Counted from the first letter of the whole stretch, positions 27,261 through 41,168 are shown. The stretch is 63,868 nucleotides of DNA, filler included, from Octopus bimaculoides (GCF_001194135.2; 7 parts of 7 records of this genome joined end to end with filler, not necessarily neighbours in it); one strand, 5' to 3'. Numbers and translations are program-made. Notes: generated by a model from the letters alone, not told the origin.

Positions 27261-28382
27261 TGTATAAACACATGTATAAACATACATATGTGCATTTAAG
27301 TGTATTAATGAGCTGCATGCCTTTGCGGAAATGTGCATGAATATTTTTCGTGTGTGCAGCTTTTCAATGTATAAATCTGTACATTTTTTAATGCAGCAAT
27401 GATTGAAAAACAGAATGTAGTGTCCTATTTAAAAAGCAATTTATTACAACCAAGTGTCTGTTAAGTTCCCAATTATAACAAATGTTTCAGGAAAAGTACA
27501 TTGATCAAGGAAACGGGAAAATAACTATGAATCTGCCATTATCTCTTCGAATGACAAAAACAGGAAATAAATGTTATTAAAAGAAATCTTGTTATTGTAC
27601 ATTACACTTCACGGTGAAATGAGTTATATTTGTGTGCAGTACAGTCCAATTTGTGTAACTAGCCAAACAATTATTTTAGTAGTGTAAGGACAAGTTTTAA
27701 GGCGATTAATTAATGTCGTTATTCAGTGTTCCTACAGAGCAAATGAAAGATAATAATGATCTTCGTATGAAATTATGGGCGGTGTTCTGTAAAAGTAGTG
27801 TTGTCTTGAAAAATATATTCAGATTTTACACACAGAAATATATACGAATTTTCTAAGACGTGTGTGCAATCTCTTGGCAGTACAAACATATATTTTAACA
27901 TTAACACTCCAAGGCAAGCTCGTTTCGGAAATATGTTTCCAGTGCTTGATTTGCATATACTGCATCGGTGCCAGAAGGATGAAAACTAATGTTCCTCTCG
28001 ACGAGATTTCAAACTCAACTTATCTGAACAGAATAAGGAATTGTTTTCTTTATCGATCTAAAAATTCTCTCAAGTCAGCAACCTGGAAGAATCTTTATTA
28101 CGTCAGACAAAATACTTAGCGATATTTTTTCCAGCTCTTTTCCCTCTGAGATCAAATCCCACTGAAGTCAACTTTGCACTTCAACCCATAGGGGTTGATA
28201 AAATGATGTAGCAGTCAAATACTGGCGTCAATGTAATTGACTAAATCCTTCTCTTCAGAATTGCTCACCTTGACCTCTGCAACGGACCGACATCGCGTTC
28301 ACGGGAATCTTTTCTCCTCGGTCGCTTGTACGTAATGAAAACCGAGTAACCGATATAATGAGTTCTGGGGCTCGAGAAAAGA

Positions 28383-28383
<1 letters not shown>

Positions 28384-28431
<48 letters not shown>

Positions 28432-28661
28432 GTTCAGTAGTTTTATTTTTATAACGTGCTTTCACTTCACTACCGAGCGCAGCTCTGTGCGCCTTGGGTA
28501 TGTGCTGTGGTTTGCTGTGGTGCTCTTATGTTTACTGTATTGAAAGTGTTTTGCGTAGGATGTGTGCAGTGCCCAGTAGTGCAATTTTCTGTATGTTATA
28601 TATATTTGTAAATCCTGGTGTTTTTGTTATGTATTTGTCTGAATATTTTTTTATTATACCT
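28384..28661 (-). mobile_element. R4/Dong-like 3' end with (TAA)n tail
   Basis: Minus strand gives GIIKKYSDKYITKTPGFTNIYNIQKIALLGTAHILRKTLSIQ*, then a UTR and a (TAA)n tail read as (TTA)n at 28384-28431. Confidence 0.8.
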
Positions 28662-29183
28662 NNNNNNNNNNNNNNNNNNNNNNNNNNNNNNNNNNNNNNN
28701 NNNNNTTAATTAATTAANNNNNNNNNNNNNNNNNNNNNNNNNNNNNNNNNNNNNNNNNNNNGAATAGAGGAAGGAAGCAATAAAATTAAGGAGGCAAGGG
28801 AGGCTGTCTACTTAGGGCACACAGTGAATATGTGCCAAGTCATTTGAATGGCATCATCCTACTTGTGCTCTAATAAACAAGTGAGATGTGGGCTACTATG
28901 AAGAGGGAGAAACATCAATTGGTTTTGACAAAGAGGGCCATGGAAAGGATCCCTGCAAGGAATATAATATATACATACATACACGCGCGCACACACACAC
29001 ACACTCACCGTCTAAACAATTTCATCGACATTTTTTTAAAGCCACTATGTACATACATACCCAGCTTCATTCGGGATGACATCNNNNNNNNNNNNNNNNN
29101 NNNNNNNNNNNNNNNNNNNNNNNNNNNNNNNNNNNNNNNNNNNNNNNNNNNNNNNNNNNNNNNNNNNNNNNNNNNNNNNNNNN

Positions 29184-29652
29184 GTGCAAGAGAGATGATT
29201 GCGCTGGTATGGTCATGTGGTGAGAATGAATGAAGATAGGTGTGTGAAAAAGTGCCACACTCTAGCAGTTGAGGAAACCTGTGGAAGACTTGGGATGAGG
29301 TGGTGAAGCATGACCTTTGAATATTAGGCCTCACCGAGGCAATGACTTGTAACCGAGACCTTTGGAAATATGCTGTGCATGAGAAGACCCGGCAAGCCAA
29401 GTGAGACCATAATCCGAGGCCTCTGCCAGGCATGTAGCCAGCCCACTTATGCGTACCTTTCCTTCATTGGACACTAAACTCCGCTTGCGAAGACCTGTTG
29501 GGGCAAGTGAAATCGGAATTGTGATGGCACCTGTACCAGTGGAGCGCTAAGAACACTGTCCGAGCATGATTATTGCTAGAGCAGGCTGTCTGGCTTCCGT
29601 GCTTGTGGCATGTAAATAGCACCATTTGAGCATGATCGTTACCAGTGTCGCC
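29184..29652 (+). mobile_element. RTE LINE 3' end and UTR
   Basis: VQER*LRWYGHVVRMNEDRCVKKCHTLAVEETC...WDEVVKHDL. Same family as 50285-51930. Confidence 0.8.
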
Positions 29653-30359
29653 NNNNNNNNNNNNNNNNNNNNNNNNNNNNNNNNNNNNNNNNNNNNNNNN
29701 NNNNNNNNNNNNNNNNNNNNNNNNNNNNNNNNNNNNNNNNNNNNNNNNNNNNNNNNNNNNNNNNNNNNNNNNNNNNNNNNNNNNNNNNNNNNNNNNNNNN
29801 NNNNNNNNNNNNNNNNNNNNNNNNNNNNNNNNNNNNNNNNNNNNNNNNNNNNNNNNNNNNNNNNNNNNNNNNNNNNNNNNNNNNNNNNNNNNNNNNNNNN
29901 NNNNNNNNNNNNNNNNNNNNNNNNNNNNNNNNNNNNNNNNNNNNNNNNNNNNNNNNNNNNNNNNNNNNNNNNNNNNNNNNNNNNNNNNNNNNNNNNNNNN
30001 NNNNNNNNNNNNNNNNNNNNNNNNNNNNNNNNNNNNNNNNNNNNNNNNNNNNNNNNNNNNNNNNNNNNNNTATATATATAGTATGAGGCGTTTAGTTCAC
30101 TGGTGATCTAAATGAATAGGTATACTGAGTAAGAGTTCTAATTGGTCATACATTCTGGAGAATAATTTTATCTAATGATATATGAGTGTAAACTCAGTAA
30201 CTGAAAGTAGGCATCTAGTGTAGAAACAAATGTTGTAGTTTGCAATTAAAGCCTGTTATTTCCATACTAATGTTCTATAAATTTTATATATGCACACACA
30301 CACAACATTAGATAGGATTTCTACTGATTCTCTCTTCATAGTATGATAACAGCAGAAGA

Positions 30360-31520
30360 AGTATTGAGCTAAAAGCAAACCTTTGTACTTGGCATTTATC
30401 AACGTGGAGAAAGCCTTCAACAGTGTTTTACTTGCTGATCTGGTGATAATTGTGGAAGCTAGGGTTAGACAAATGGTTTGTGAGGATTATTTAAGCCAGG
30501 TAGAGAGATGCTATCAATAAGGTGAGAGTTAACAATGAGTACAGCAATGAATTTAGGGTGCAGTTAGGTTTTCACCAGAGTTTGGTTATCAGTTCCTTCA
30601 TATTTATCATAGTCCTCCAGGCCATAATGGAGGAATTAAGAACAATTTTCTCTGGGAACTCCTTTGTACTGATGACTAAATCTATAGTAGAACTAGAAAT
30701 GAAATTCCAGGTGAGGAAACAAAATTGGGAATCAAAGAGCTTTAAAGTTAACTTAGTAAAGTCTCAAGTTCTGGTTAGCAAGAAAACAGATGTGATGTTA
30801 ATCCCTTTGGGTAAATGACCCTGTTTAATATGTAGAAGAGGTGTAAGTAGAAATTCCACATGGTGTAATTAGTGCAGACAATAGAGACATACAAGGTGCA
30901 GTGAAACCACAGGTAAGTTTAGAGAGAAAATAAACAGAACACATGGGAAATAGATTTTTTGGAATGCCCTGCAGGATCCTTAGAGGTAGTAGATAATTTC
31001 TGTTACCTAGGAAACCTAATTATCAGTGGTGGGGTGATTTGTCGAAACTACTGTTGCTGGAATAATTCAGTGGAGAAAGTTCAGAGAGCTGTTACCTCTG
31101 TTGGTAATAAAAGGCCTCCCTCTCAAAGTGAAAGAGTAGTGGCATGATGCCTGTGTACAAACAACAATGTTACATGGTTGTAAAACTTGGACCTTGAGTG
31201 TAGAGGACATCTGAAGGCTAGAAAGGAACGAAGCTAGCATACTCTGATGAATGTGCAATGTCACTGTGTATGTGCAACAAAGTACAAATGTATTGAGAGA
31301 AAAATTGGGTATAAGGGACATCAGATGTGGTGTGCAAGAGAGAAGACTGTATTGATATGGTCATGTGATGTGCATGGATGAGAACAGCTGTATAAAGAAG
31401 TGTCAATCACTAACCAAAGATGGAACTGGTTGAAGGAGAAGACCCAGGAAGATATGGGATGAAGACTGACCTTGAAATGTTGAGCCTCATCGAGGAGATG
31501 GCAAGGGTCTGAGATGACTG
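30360..31520 (+). mobile_element. RTE LINE RT/C-terminal relic
   Basis: LAFINVEKAFNSV, VRVNNEYSNEFRVQLGFHQSLVISSFIFIIVLQAI, LEVVDNFCYLGNLI, and a W-G-H-V-type region. Confidence 0.85.
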
Positions 31521-31659
31521 GTGATATCTTTTAGCTTTTACTTGTTTCAGCCATTAGACTGCCACCATGCTGGGGCACCACCTTGAAGAATTTTTAGTTG
31601 AATGTATTGACCCCAGTACTTATTTTTTTTCTTTAAAGGCTGGTACTTTTCTATTTTTT

Positions 31660-32290
31660 AAAGCCCCTTACTCCCCCGAAGTGATTTTTAATATAGGTAA
31701 ATATTTCTTATCACTTATAGATAGGCATTTTCCAATCAATCATAACTATAGAAAGCTCTTCAATAAGCATAACCTAAAAATTAGTTTTAGCATAACTACT
31801 AATTTTAAAAATATAATTGCACACAACACACAAAAACAACAAAATGAAATCAGCTGTTCATGCAGGGATAAAAATTTGTGCCCGCTAAATGGAGCTTGTA
31901 TGTCCGAGACTATCATTTATGAAGCCACCGTAGACTCTACAACCACTAAGGGCATAGTTTTGTCAAAGAAATATGTGGGTCTCACTGAAGGGAGTTTCAA
32001 AGCCAGCTTCAACAATACACCTTGAGCTTCAGACACTGTGAAAAAAGAAAAACAACTAAATTATCCAGTCATATATGGTCCTTTAAAGATAAAGGTGTCA
32101 GTTACAACATCCATTGGAAGATCTTAGCCAAGTGTAAGCCTTACACCAACGGCAGTGGAAAGTGTGGTCTTTGCGATATGGAAAGATGGCTCATCTGGAA
32201 AAGCAGCTGAGACCCCGCTACATATCTAAGTTCAAGAACTGAACTTTTTGGATCATGTCCACATGTGGCTAAATATTTGTTACGTTTTTG
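31660..32290 (+). mobile_element. Penelope-like element, GIY-YIG endonuclease region
   Basis: PYSPEVIFNIGKYFLSLIDRHFP, CSCRDKNLCPLNGACMSETIIYEATV...KKYVGLTEGSFK and SFRHCEKRKTTKLSSHIWSFKDKG...KCGLCDMER. Confidence 0.85.
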
Positions 32291-32854
32291 GTCCCCCCGA
32301 GATCACAGATAGAACCTGTTTTTTATATTGTGTCCACATACAAGCATTTCATTTCTTACATATATATTTTCATATTTTTACATATTTTTGTATATATATT
32401 TTTTATATATTTTATTGCTTTATATATTTTTATGTATTTTTTCTGTAAATTACCTTTCACCCTGCATTTTTGTGCATGTGCGTATAGGGATGTATATAAG
32501 AACATAATTGTGTGCATATGGGTATATATACATGTGTGTGGGTATGTGCATGTGTATGGATGCATATATATGTATCCATATAGGTGTGTTTGTGGGTGTA
32601 CATGTATGTGTTTCATGCAAGTGTGAGTGAGCATATGTATATGCACAAGCATGTGTGTGTATGTACCTGCACGCATACACGGATTCTATGAGCATGGGTT
32701 TACCTTTGAGTATTTTTACTTTTTCCCTTTATTTAATGGTCAGTCTCATAGCTCTTTTGTTTGTCGAATAATGGTCATCTTCATAATAATTTTCCTTTAT
32801 TTAACGATCATTTTCATAGCATTTTNNNNNNNNNNNNNNNNNNNNNNNNNNNTA

Positions 32855-33025
32855 TATATGACGGGCTTCTTTCAGTTTCTGTCAACCAAATCTACTCACA
32901 AGGCTTTGGTCAGCCCAAGGCTATAGTAGAAGACACTTATCCCTGGTGCCACACAGTGGGACTAAACCTGAAACCATGTGGTTGGGAAGCAAGCTTCTTA
33001 CCTCACAGCCATGCCTGTGCCTATT
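32855..33025 (-). mobile_element. tRNA-derived SINE head
   Basis: Reverse complement of the family at 55578-55735. Confidence 0.8.
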
Positions 33026-33369
33026 TACCACATTTGAGTAGACCTCTCCTTCCTTCACAACTCATCTTGTAACACCCAACCTTCCATCAATATTCTAACT
33101 GAAGTACTACTTATTCAGATGCTGTAAATAATACAGTAATCCCCATCTGTTGTCCCTTGTCACTGCCTCCTCCCTCACTTTCACTTCTAGTCTCCAAAAC
33201 TGGTATTCATTGCACCCATCTCAATCCCCATCTCTAATCCTCTGTCACACTCTCTTCACACTCTAATGCATTCATCTACTTACTCACATTTTCTCTTTTC
33301 CCCTTCTTTCTTTCTTTCTCTTTCTCTTTCACATGCATCTTGACCTAACATCTCAATAATAATCCTTTC

Positions 33370-33780
33370 TATTAAGGCACAAGGTTTAATTTTTGGGGGG
33401 AAAGGTTAAGTTGATTACATCCACCCCAGAACTTAACTACTACTTATTTTAGTGACCCTGAAAGGATGAAAGGCAAAGTTGATCTTGGTGGAATTTCAAC
33501 TCAGAACATCAGGATGGATGAAATGCCACTAAACCTTTTGTCTGGTGTATTAATGATTCTGCCAGCTTTCCCACCTTTACATCTCAATAATGATTTCAAA
33601 TTTTAGCACAAATCCATTGACCCCAGTACACAACTGGTACTTATTTTATCAACCCTGAAAGGATGAGAAGTTAAGTTGACCTTGGCAGAATTTGCACTCA
33701 GAATGTTAAGACAGACGAAATGCCACTAAGCATTTTGTCTGGTGTGCTGATGATTCTGCCAGCTTCCTGCGTTATCAATA
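33370..33780 (-). mobile_element. Tandem degraded SINE copies (family of 11628-11856)
   Basis: Two blocks of gaccc.agta/ctt...ggatga.aag..aagttga.cttgg..gaattt..actcagaa...gaaatgccactaa. Confidence 0.7.
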
Positions 33781-34814
33781 ATAATAATTACTAGCTGGAC
33801 TTGTGAAAACTTCATGGAAAACATAAAAAATGTAAGTTGTGTGCTGATGCCATGAGAAATGTTTCTATATTGTGACAGTAACAGAATATAGAAAGAAGTG
33901 TAAAACCAATAACTATATAATCCAACCAAAATATCTGTTACGCAAACATAAACAGAATTACTATCTAGCCTTAGAATACATTGTACATATTCAAAGAACT
34001 TTCTTGGTTTAGTGGTGTGGAACATTCTTCTGATATTCTTTTTTTATTCTTACTTGTTTCAGTCATTTGACGGTGGCCATGCTGGAGCACCACCCTTTAG
34101 TTGAAGAAATCAACCCCTGGACCTATTCCCTGCAAGCCTGGTGATTATTCTATCACTCTGTTCTGCTGAGCAGCTAAGTTACGGGGACACAAATACACCA
34201 ACATTGATTGTCAAGCAATGGTGGTGGTGNNNNNNNNNNNNNNNNNNNNNNNNNNNNNNNNNNNNNNNNNNNNNNNNNNNNNNNNNNNNNNNNNNNNNNN
34301 NNNNNNNNNNNNNNNNNNNNNNNNNNNNNNNNNNNNNTTTCTCCCCCATCTATTTTGTAGGGAGTATTACCCATTTTTCTGGGCTCTTTTCACAGTTATA
34401 CCCGGTTCAAAATTTGCATTAGTTTTTGTATGAAAGGAAAAAAAAAAAAAGAAAGGAAGCAGGCTTGTTTGTAGTTTGTAGAGAAAACATTAAACGTGCC
34501 TGAAAAAAAAATTTTCTTTCCCCCCAACTAAAAGACATGCAGAACTATGAAAGAAGGCGAATAAGTACTGGGGTGGGGGAAAGAAGAGAGAACTAACACT
34601 TGATCATTCTAGAACTCCCAGAATAAAAACGTAAACACCTGAAAGCCTTTCCCTCCATTCATTACTAAATATCTTTCTCTCTTCTTCATTGTTAAAAGTA
34701 AAGAAGCTCGAAAAGATCCATTGTATTTCAGTCTAATTGTCATTGTAAATGACTGGTGCTTTCCTTTCTCTGTCTTTATCGCTTTACTCCTTTTCCCTAT
34801 GGTTAAGTGAGTGA

Positions 34815-35135
34815 AGATGCATGGCTCAGTGGTTAGGGTATTCGGCCCACGATCATAAAGTCATGACTATGATCCCCTGCAGTGCACTGTGTTCTTGAAC
34901 AAGGTACTCAACTTTACCTTGCTACAGTCCACTCAGTTAGCAAAAATAAGTTGTAACTGTAATTCAAAGGGGCCAGCCTTGTCACATTCTGTGTGAGGCT
35001 GAACCTCCCAGAGAACTATCTTATGGTATGCATGTCTGTGGAGTACTCAGCTACTTGTGTGTTAATTTTATGAGCAGACTGTTCTGTTGATCAGATAAAT
35101 AGGAACCTCATCATTGAAACCGACAGGGTGCCATT
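34815..35135 (+). mobile_element. tRNA-derived SINE (head shared with 54120-54450, body shared with 2412-2758)
   Basis: gcatggctcagtggttagggtattcggc...gtgttcttgaacaagg...cagtccactcag...gtaattcaaaggggccagccttgtcac. Confidence 0.75.
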
Positions 35136-36537
35136 TTTTAAAAAGAGTGACAGAAAAGGAAATGTTCCATATTGTAAGACAAAAATGTCGTGTTTCATAT
35201 AAGCAGTGAAAGCTAAGACGAAGTAATTGCTATTCTGTCGTGTTGTGACTTTGCCCTTGACTCATGTTCAGTTTGATAACAACAGCCTGTGTTTATCTGG
35301 GGGTTTGGCCTTGAGATCTGTGAGACCCACAAATGCCACTGTTAGGACCGGATTAACACTCATAGTGACCCTAATAAAGATTTTCCTGACCCTATATAGG
35401 ATCTTTTTACTTTTTCTTCCAAACCACTTAGCTGGCCAAAATGAGATGTAGCCGCAATTCAAAGGGGTCAACCGAATCTCTCTGAGAACTATGTTAATGG
35501 TATGCATGTCTGTGGACATGCATACCACTTGCTGGGTTAATTTTATCCTCGTGTGGTAATGAAAAGTGAAAGTGACATCCAATATTTGCTGGAGTTGTCT
35601 TTGATTTAACAAAGTATCTATGTATCAACTTTCTTTCGATCTATGTATCTACTGTCTCTCTTACTTTCTCTCTTTCTGTTTCATTTCCTCTCTGTCCCTC
35701 CTCTCTCCCACTTTCAATTTAACAATGTGTGTATGTATCTGCGTATCAACTTTTCTTGCGATGTGATAAACATTTAAAAACACAAAACGAACGCCATCAC
35801 CACTCATTGTCTCTCGCATTCTCTCTCACTCCCTCTCTGTCCTCCTCCCTCCCACTTTGACACTCACTTCTTCCTTTGAGGTAAGTGTGATACACACCAC
35901 AGGTATGGATGTACAAAAACAAGTTGGCATATTAATATTATTGATGATGACGATAATGTTAACAACAACAATAACAGCAGCAACAATATTAACAACACTA
36001 GCTACAACATCTAAAACAGTGATGACAACAACAATAGCAATAATAAGAACAACAACAACAGTAACAACAATAGAAACAACAACAGACAAAATCAATAAAA
36101 ATAGCAATAATTATAACAACAAACTGGTGTACTACTCACTGTTCCAAAACACCAACATTTTGATACCCATCAGAATCGTCATAGAGGTGGTGTAGTGATG
36201 TGTGGTGGTGGTTATGAATAAAGCAATGTTAGAATGGAGGTACAGCTGTATAGGAATGTAAACAGTGAAGAATTGCAGTGGTATGGTGGTGTAGTGTTAT
36301 AACAGTGCTGTAGCTGTGTTGTAGTGGAGGTAGTATGCTCTCGTAAAAGTGTATGTCGCCGACAAATCACAGAATAATAAAAACAAATGTTTAATGTTAT
36401 TAAATGATGCAGCCTTTCTGCATGTATGTGTGTGAGTATTTGTGTGAGTGTGTGTGTATGTATGTATGTACATACGTATCTATACACACATATATCTACA
36501 TTGTTCTTTTAGATCCGCTTTCACAGGAAGAAACAAT

Positions 36538-36591
<54 letters not shown>

Positions 36592-37221
36592 CATACACAC
36601 ACACACATATATATATACATACAATCATATATTTACACACACACATCTATGTTTGTGTGTGTGTATATGTATATATTTTCTCCCTTTTCCTTCTATCAAT
36701 CTTTCACTCCTACTGTTCTTCTTCAGTTCTTTCAATCCCTACTCTCTTTTTCTCTCTCTTTCTCTCTTCCTCTTTTAATCTTTAGTATTTTACAGGATTG
36801 TCAATTCTTCAATGTTGATGAACTATAAATGTGTTAGTATGAAAAAATATATACCTACAAACACATAAATTGATACATACACACACATATATATATACAC
36901 ATATACATACATATGTATATACATTCAAACACATTGGTATAAAAACCTTGAAATACTTGATTTCACAGAGAAAGAGCAAAAGAAACTGATGCAGATTCTC
37001 CAAATTCAATCTCTTAGCGGCACAGTGAAGATTTATAAGACATGTAAATAGATGCACACACTTGCATGTATGCACTGATGGTTCAACCAACACACTAACC
37101 CAACTACATATTTTCAAACACCAGCAACTCTTGTTAGCAACTGGCTTGAGCTCTCTCAAGAACTTAAATAAAACTCAAGGAAAACCACATGCATGCATAC
37201 ACACACACGCACACATGCAAA

Positions 37222-37266
<45 letters not shown>

Positions 37267-37319
37267 NNNNNNNNNNNNNNNNNNNNNNNNNNNNNNNNNN
37301 NNNNNNNNNNNNNNNNNNN

Positions 37320-37380
<61 letters not shown>

Positions 37381-38609
37381 TGTTCAGAGTGCTGGCACAA
37401 GCCTTCTTTCAATCATGGAATTTCTCATGGAATGTTTTGCTTTTCTTGGGTACAACCAGCCATATTATGCAACACATAAGAGATGTTAAAAATCAAATGA
37501 GGTTTGTGACTGAAGCTTTCCAAAATTAGGAAAAGCCTTACACAAAGATAATCCCACTCTCTAAACAACATATGGATTTGCCCGAAAAGAATAACTAGTC
37601 CACATCATTGGATGCAAACAAAGCTGCTGGTGTTACCTCAAAGTCTCCTTCTCCCAGAGAGATGTTTAAACAAAGACTAGGGATCTCTCTCAGCTGTTGG
37701 ATGGTCATTGACTCTATTGACTTCGTTCACCCTTTGATGTTAGTTTAAAACTTAAAAGCATTAAATAGAAGTGTACTTAACATTTGGGGCATAAGGCCTT
37801 CATCTGAAAGGAAGGGAAGGAGAATAAGAAGAAATCATGGGAAGAGAAAAACCCTTTAGCATTCAGATTACACTGTCAAATGTAATGTTTATAACATTGT
37901 TTTGAATTAATCATGAATTATCTATTATCTTTGAGATTTCCATGATGTAATTGGTTACTTTTAGAATGACACTGTAGGGGAGGTGTGAGAAGCCAGTTCT
38001 GACTGGTTTGAACTTAGAACCGGTAGAATATTTGGACCAGATATGGCTGGTTTAAATGCTATAGTGTTAAATAAACAGTTCAAAATAAACAGAAGTAGAA
38101 GAAGACTAAGGCCTACTTGGCTGAGAACAATATAAAAAGGGAAAGATACCAGGACTGAAGGGAGGCTGAAACAGAAGCACAAAACAGACAAGGCCGGTGT
38201 GAATATGTGGAGATTATTTACCCCAAGTGGTATCAGAAGCAGTAACAATAACTTTATGTATGGTGAGTAACAAGTCACTTATGTGCGAATTAAATAGTAA
38301 GTACATGGTTAGACTAAGAGCAACAGCAACTGAATGGATGGGTGTGTGGGAGTGACGAAGCAGATGGGTACACAATAGCAAATTTTATAAAGTGACAGGA
38401 AATATATCAAATGACTACCGACTGAAAACCTTGTAAGTGGTATAAGTTTTGATATGTGGGTTAAACCAAAAGTAAAGCAAAAGCAGGCATGACTTCCTAT
38501 TAACTGATGTAAGTCATTCAAATTGCAGATGTTTGTATAATAATTCTTCCTCTATACAAAGATATTACTCAACATAGTTTATATTACAAACAATGCATTT
38601 GCACCATCG

Positions 38610-39240
38610 TCGTCATCGTCATCATCATCATCATCATCATCGTCATCATCATCATCATCATCCTCTAACGTCCATTTTCAATGCTGGCATGGGTTGGACG
38701 GTTTGACCAAAGGTGGCAAACCAAAGAACTGCTCAAGGTTCCAGTCTGATTTGGCATGGTTACTACAGCTGGATGCCCTTCCTAATGCCAACCACTCTGA
38801 GAGTGTGCACTGAGTGCTTTTAATGCGGCACTATATAAACACTTTTACATGGCATCAGCACAGAACTCTTGTAGTCCAATCCTTTTCATCAGGAGGAGCG
38901 GCATAACCACTTCTGCTGTGGGGGATGAGTTTTCTTGAGTACAGCAAGGTGTCACATATCTCAGACATCTCATTCAAAAGGTTGAGCGTTCTGAGGTTGT
39001 CCGTCAGCACTTTATCCTGTCTTCCTGGGTCTCCCTCTTCCACGAGTTCCATCCACTTTGAATGAGTGGCACTTCATTATGGAACTTTCAACATCCAAAA
39101 CTGTCAGCAGCCATTCAACAAAATTCTTGAATGCTCTTTGAAAAAATTCAGGTGTGAACTGTTGTATCCTTTTCTTTGTAGTCTTTTTCACCTCATTCAT
39201 GTTATAAAGTTGTTGATCTTTAAGACTGTTCTTCATTGAA
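38610..39240 (-). mobile_element. RTE LINE 3' relic with (GAT)n tail
   Basis: Minus strand gives IMKCHSFKVDGTRGRGRPRKT. The UTR contains ggatgcccttcctaatgccaaccactc, and the tail reads (CAT)n at 38610-38662. Confidence 0.7.
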
Positions 39241-39246
39241 CTTAAC

Positions 39247-39544
39247 AGGTAGTAATATTTATCCCCACTTAAATGTGGATGTCCTGTTAGAACAAGCTAT
39301 ACAGCCATAGATACCATGAGAGAAACTCTCATATAGGCTTTTGGTGCAAATGCACATTTATTTATATTGCTAGTGGGGAGATAAATACCCACCAACTCCA
39401 GCATCAAGACTACCTGATCATGTGATTTCGACCTTCCTTGGTCTCATCAGTGATGGATGCTCAACCACTAGAGATAGCAGCAACTACTGTAGTATAGTTT
39501 GTTCTAACAGAACATCCACATTAAAGTGGGGATAAATACTACCT
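39247..39544. mobile_element. ~300-bp element with ~55-bp terminal inverted repeats enclosing a hammerhead motif
   Basis: 39247-39302 aggtagtaatatttatccccacttaaatgtggatgtcctgttagaacaagctatac aligns with the reverse complement of 39492-39544, aggtagtatttatccccactttaatgtggatgttctgttagaacaaactatac. No TSD was identified. Confidence 0.7.
39401..39460 (-). ncRNA. Type I hammerhead ribozyme candidate (canonical core, AUC site)
   Basis: Minus strand reads GCAUC-CAUCA CUGAUGA GACC-AAGGAA-GGUC GAAA UC-ACAU-GA UC AGGU-AGUCUU-GAUGC. The core is exact, helix II is a perfect 4 bp, helix III is 3 bp, and helix I is interrupted with a distal GCAUC/GAUGC stem. Pair 1.1-2.1 is an A.A mismatch. Confidence 0.7.
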
Positions 39545-40140
39545 CTCAGTATTAATACTGCCTCTGTCGTTAACATATATTTTTTAACAGGTGGATGTCA
39601 AGGACCCAATGGTATCACATTACTACTGCTTGAAACCACTTACTTACTTGCAATGATGAAGAATGGGAAGAAGAGTTGCTATAGAGAAAAAGTTATTCTA
39701 TTAAGATGCATGGTTTGAACAACTGTTAGTTAATCAAAATGTTATGCTCACTTTTGCATAATATATGGTATAAACCTTATAATTATTCCATGTGCACCTC
39801 TGAGCTCATAACTTATTGTCAGACTGGGTGACTTATTTTGTCATCAATAAATTGGTGTGTGGTGGGATTGTAAACTTGGGATTACATGCCTTTGTTATTC
39901 AAAAATACGTATTTCCACACGTCCAAATCAGATCTGTAATTCAAAGTTGTAAGAAAGTTAATTAATGAATGCCATGAATACTTAATGAAGTGTGTCTCCA
40001 GTAATCTATAGCAGTAGCTCTATGACTTGCCAAGATCTTTGTGGATGCACTAACATGCAGTATGTATAAGATACATACAAACATACACTTATGCATTGCA
40101 CACACACACACAGATTTGACAAAATAATGGAAACACCACG

Positions 40141-40930
40141 TTGTCATCATCATCATCATCAACAACATCGTTTAGTGTCTGCTTTCTATGCTGGCATGGA
40201 TTAGATGGTCTGACTGAAACTGGTAAGTTGGGGAGCTGCACCAAGTTTTAGTCTGATTTGGCATGGTTTCTACAGCTGGATGACCTTCCTAATGCCAACC
40301 ACTGCAAGAGTGTAATGGGTGCTTTTTATGAACTACTGTCATAGATGCCAGTTACATGACACCAGCATCAGCCACAACTACAATTTCACTTGGTTTGACA
40401 AGTCTTCTCAAGCATGGTATATAACCAATGGTCTCAGTCACTGGTCATCACCATGAGGCCCAACAATCGAAGGGTGTTTTTAATGTGTAGCTTATGTGAC
40501 ACCAGTATTGGCCATGACTACAATTTCACTTGGCTTGATGGATCTTCTCAAGCACGGCATATCACTAAAGATACAATCACTTGTCATTGCCTCTGTGTGG
40601 CCCAGCATTCAAAGATAGTGCTTCACCACCTCATATCATGTCTTCCCCAGGCTACCTCTTCTTCAGGTTTCCTCCACAGTTAGAGATTGGCACTTCTTTA
40701 CACAGCTGTCCTCATCCATACATGTCACATGATGATACCACGCAACTTTTCTCTCAAGATGCTTACATTTTGTCATACATGCGCACTGACATTGCACATA
40801 TTAGCTTCGTTTCTTTTAAGCTTACGCATGTCCTCAATGGTCAGAGCCCATGTTTCACTGCCGTGTAGTATAGCTGTTTACACACAGGCATCATACAATC
40901 TACCTTTTACTCTGAGGGAGAGGCCCTGGA
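40141..40930 (-). mobile_element. RTE LINE 3' end, UTR and (GAT)n tail
   Basis: Reverse complement of the 50285-51930 family (YDACV*TAILHGSETWALTIED..., GRPGEDMI*GGEA). Confidence 0.8.
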
Positions 40931-41168
40931 TGGAAGACAAAACTCAAAGAGATGTTACCACAAAGTAGTGGAACACATTGTATCTAAGATCCATTGAACT
41001 GTCACAGTAACAGTGACAGTGCAGCTATACCACCACCTTGCCAACCCTTTATCAACTGAAACCATTTGTGATGAGTTCCATAAAGCTAGATGCCATTGGA
41101 GGGCTGCAATTATTAAACCTCTTTTGTCCCCCATCAACAATGATAAGTGGGTAAAATGGTGTCTAGAC

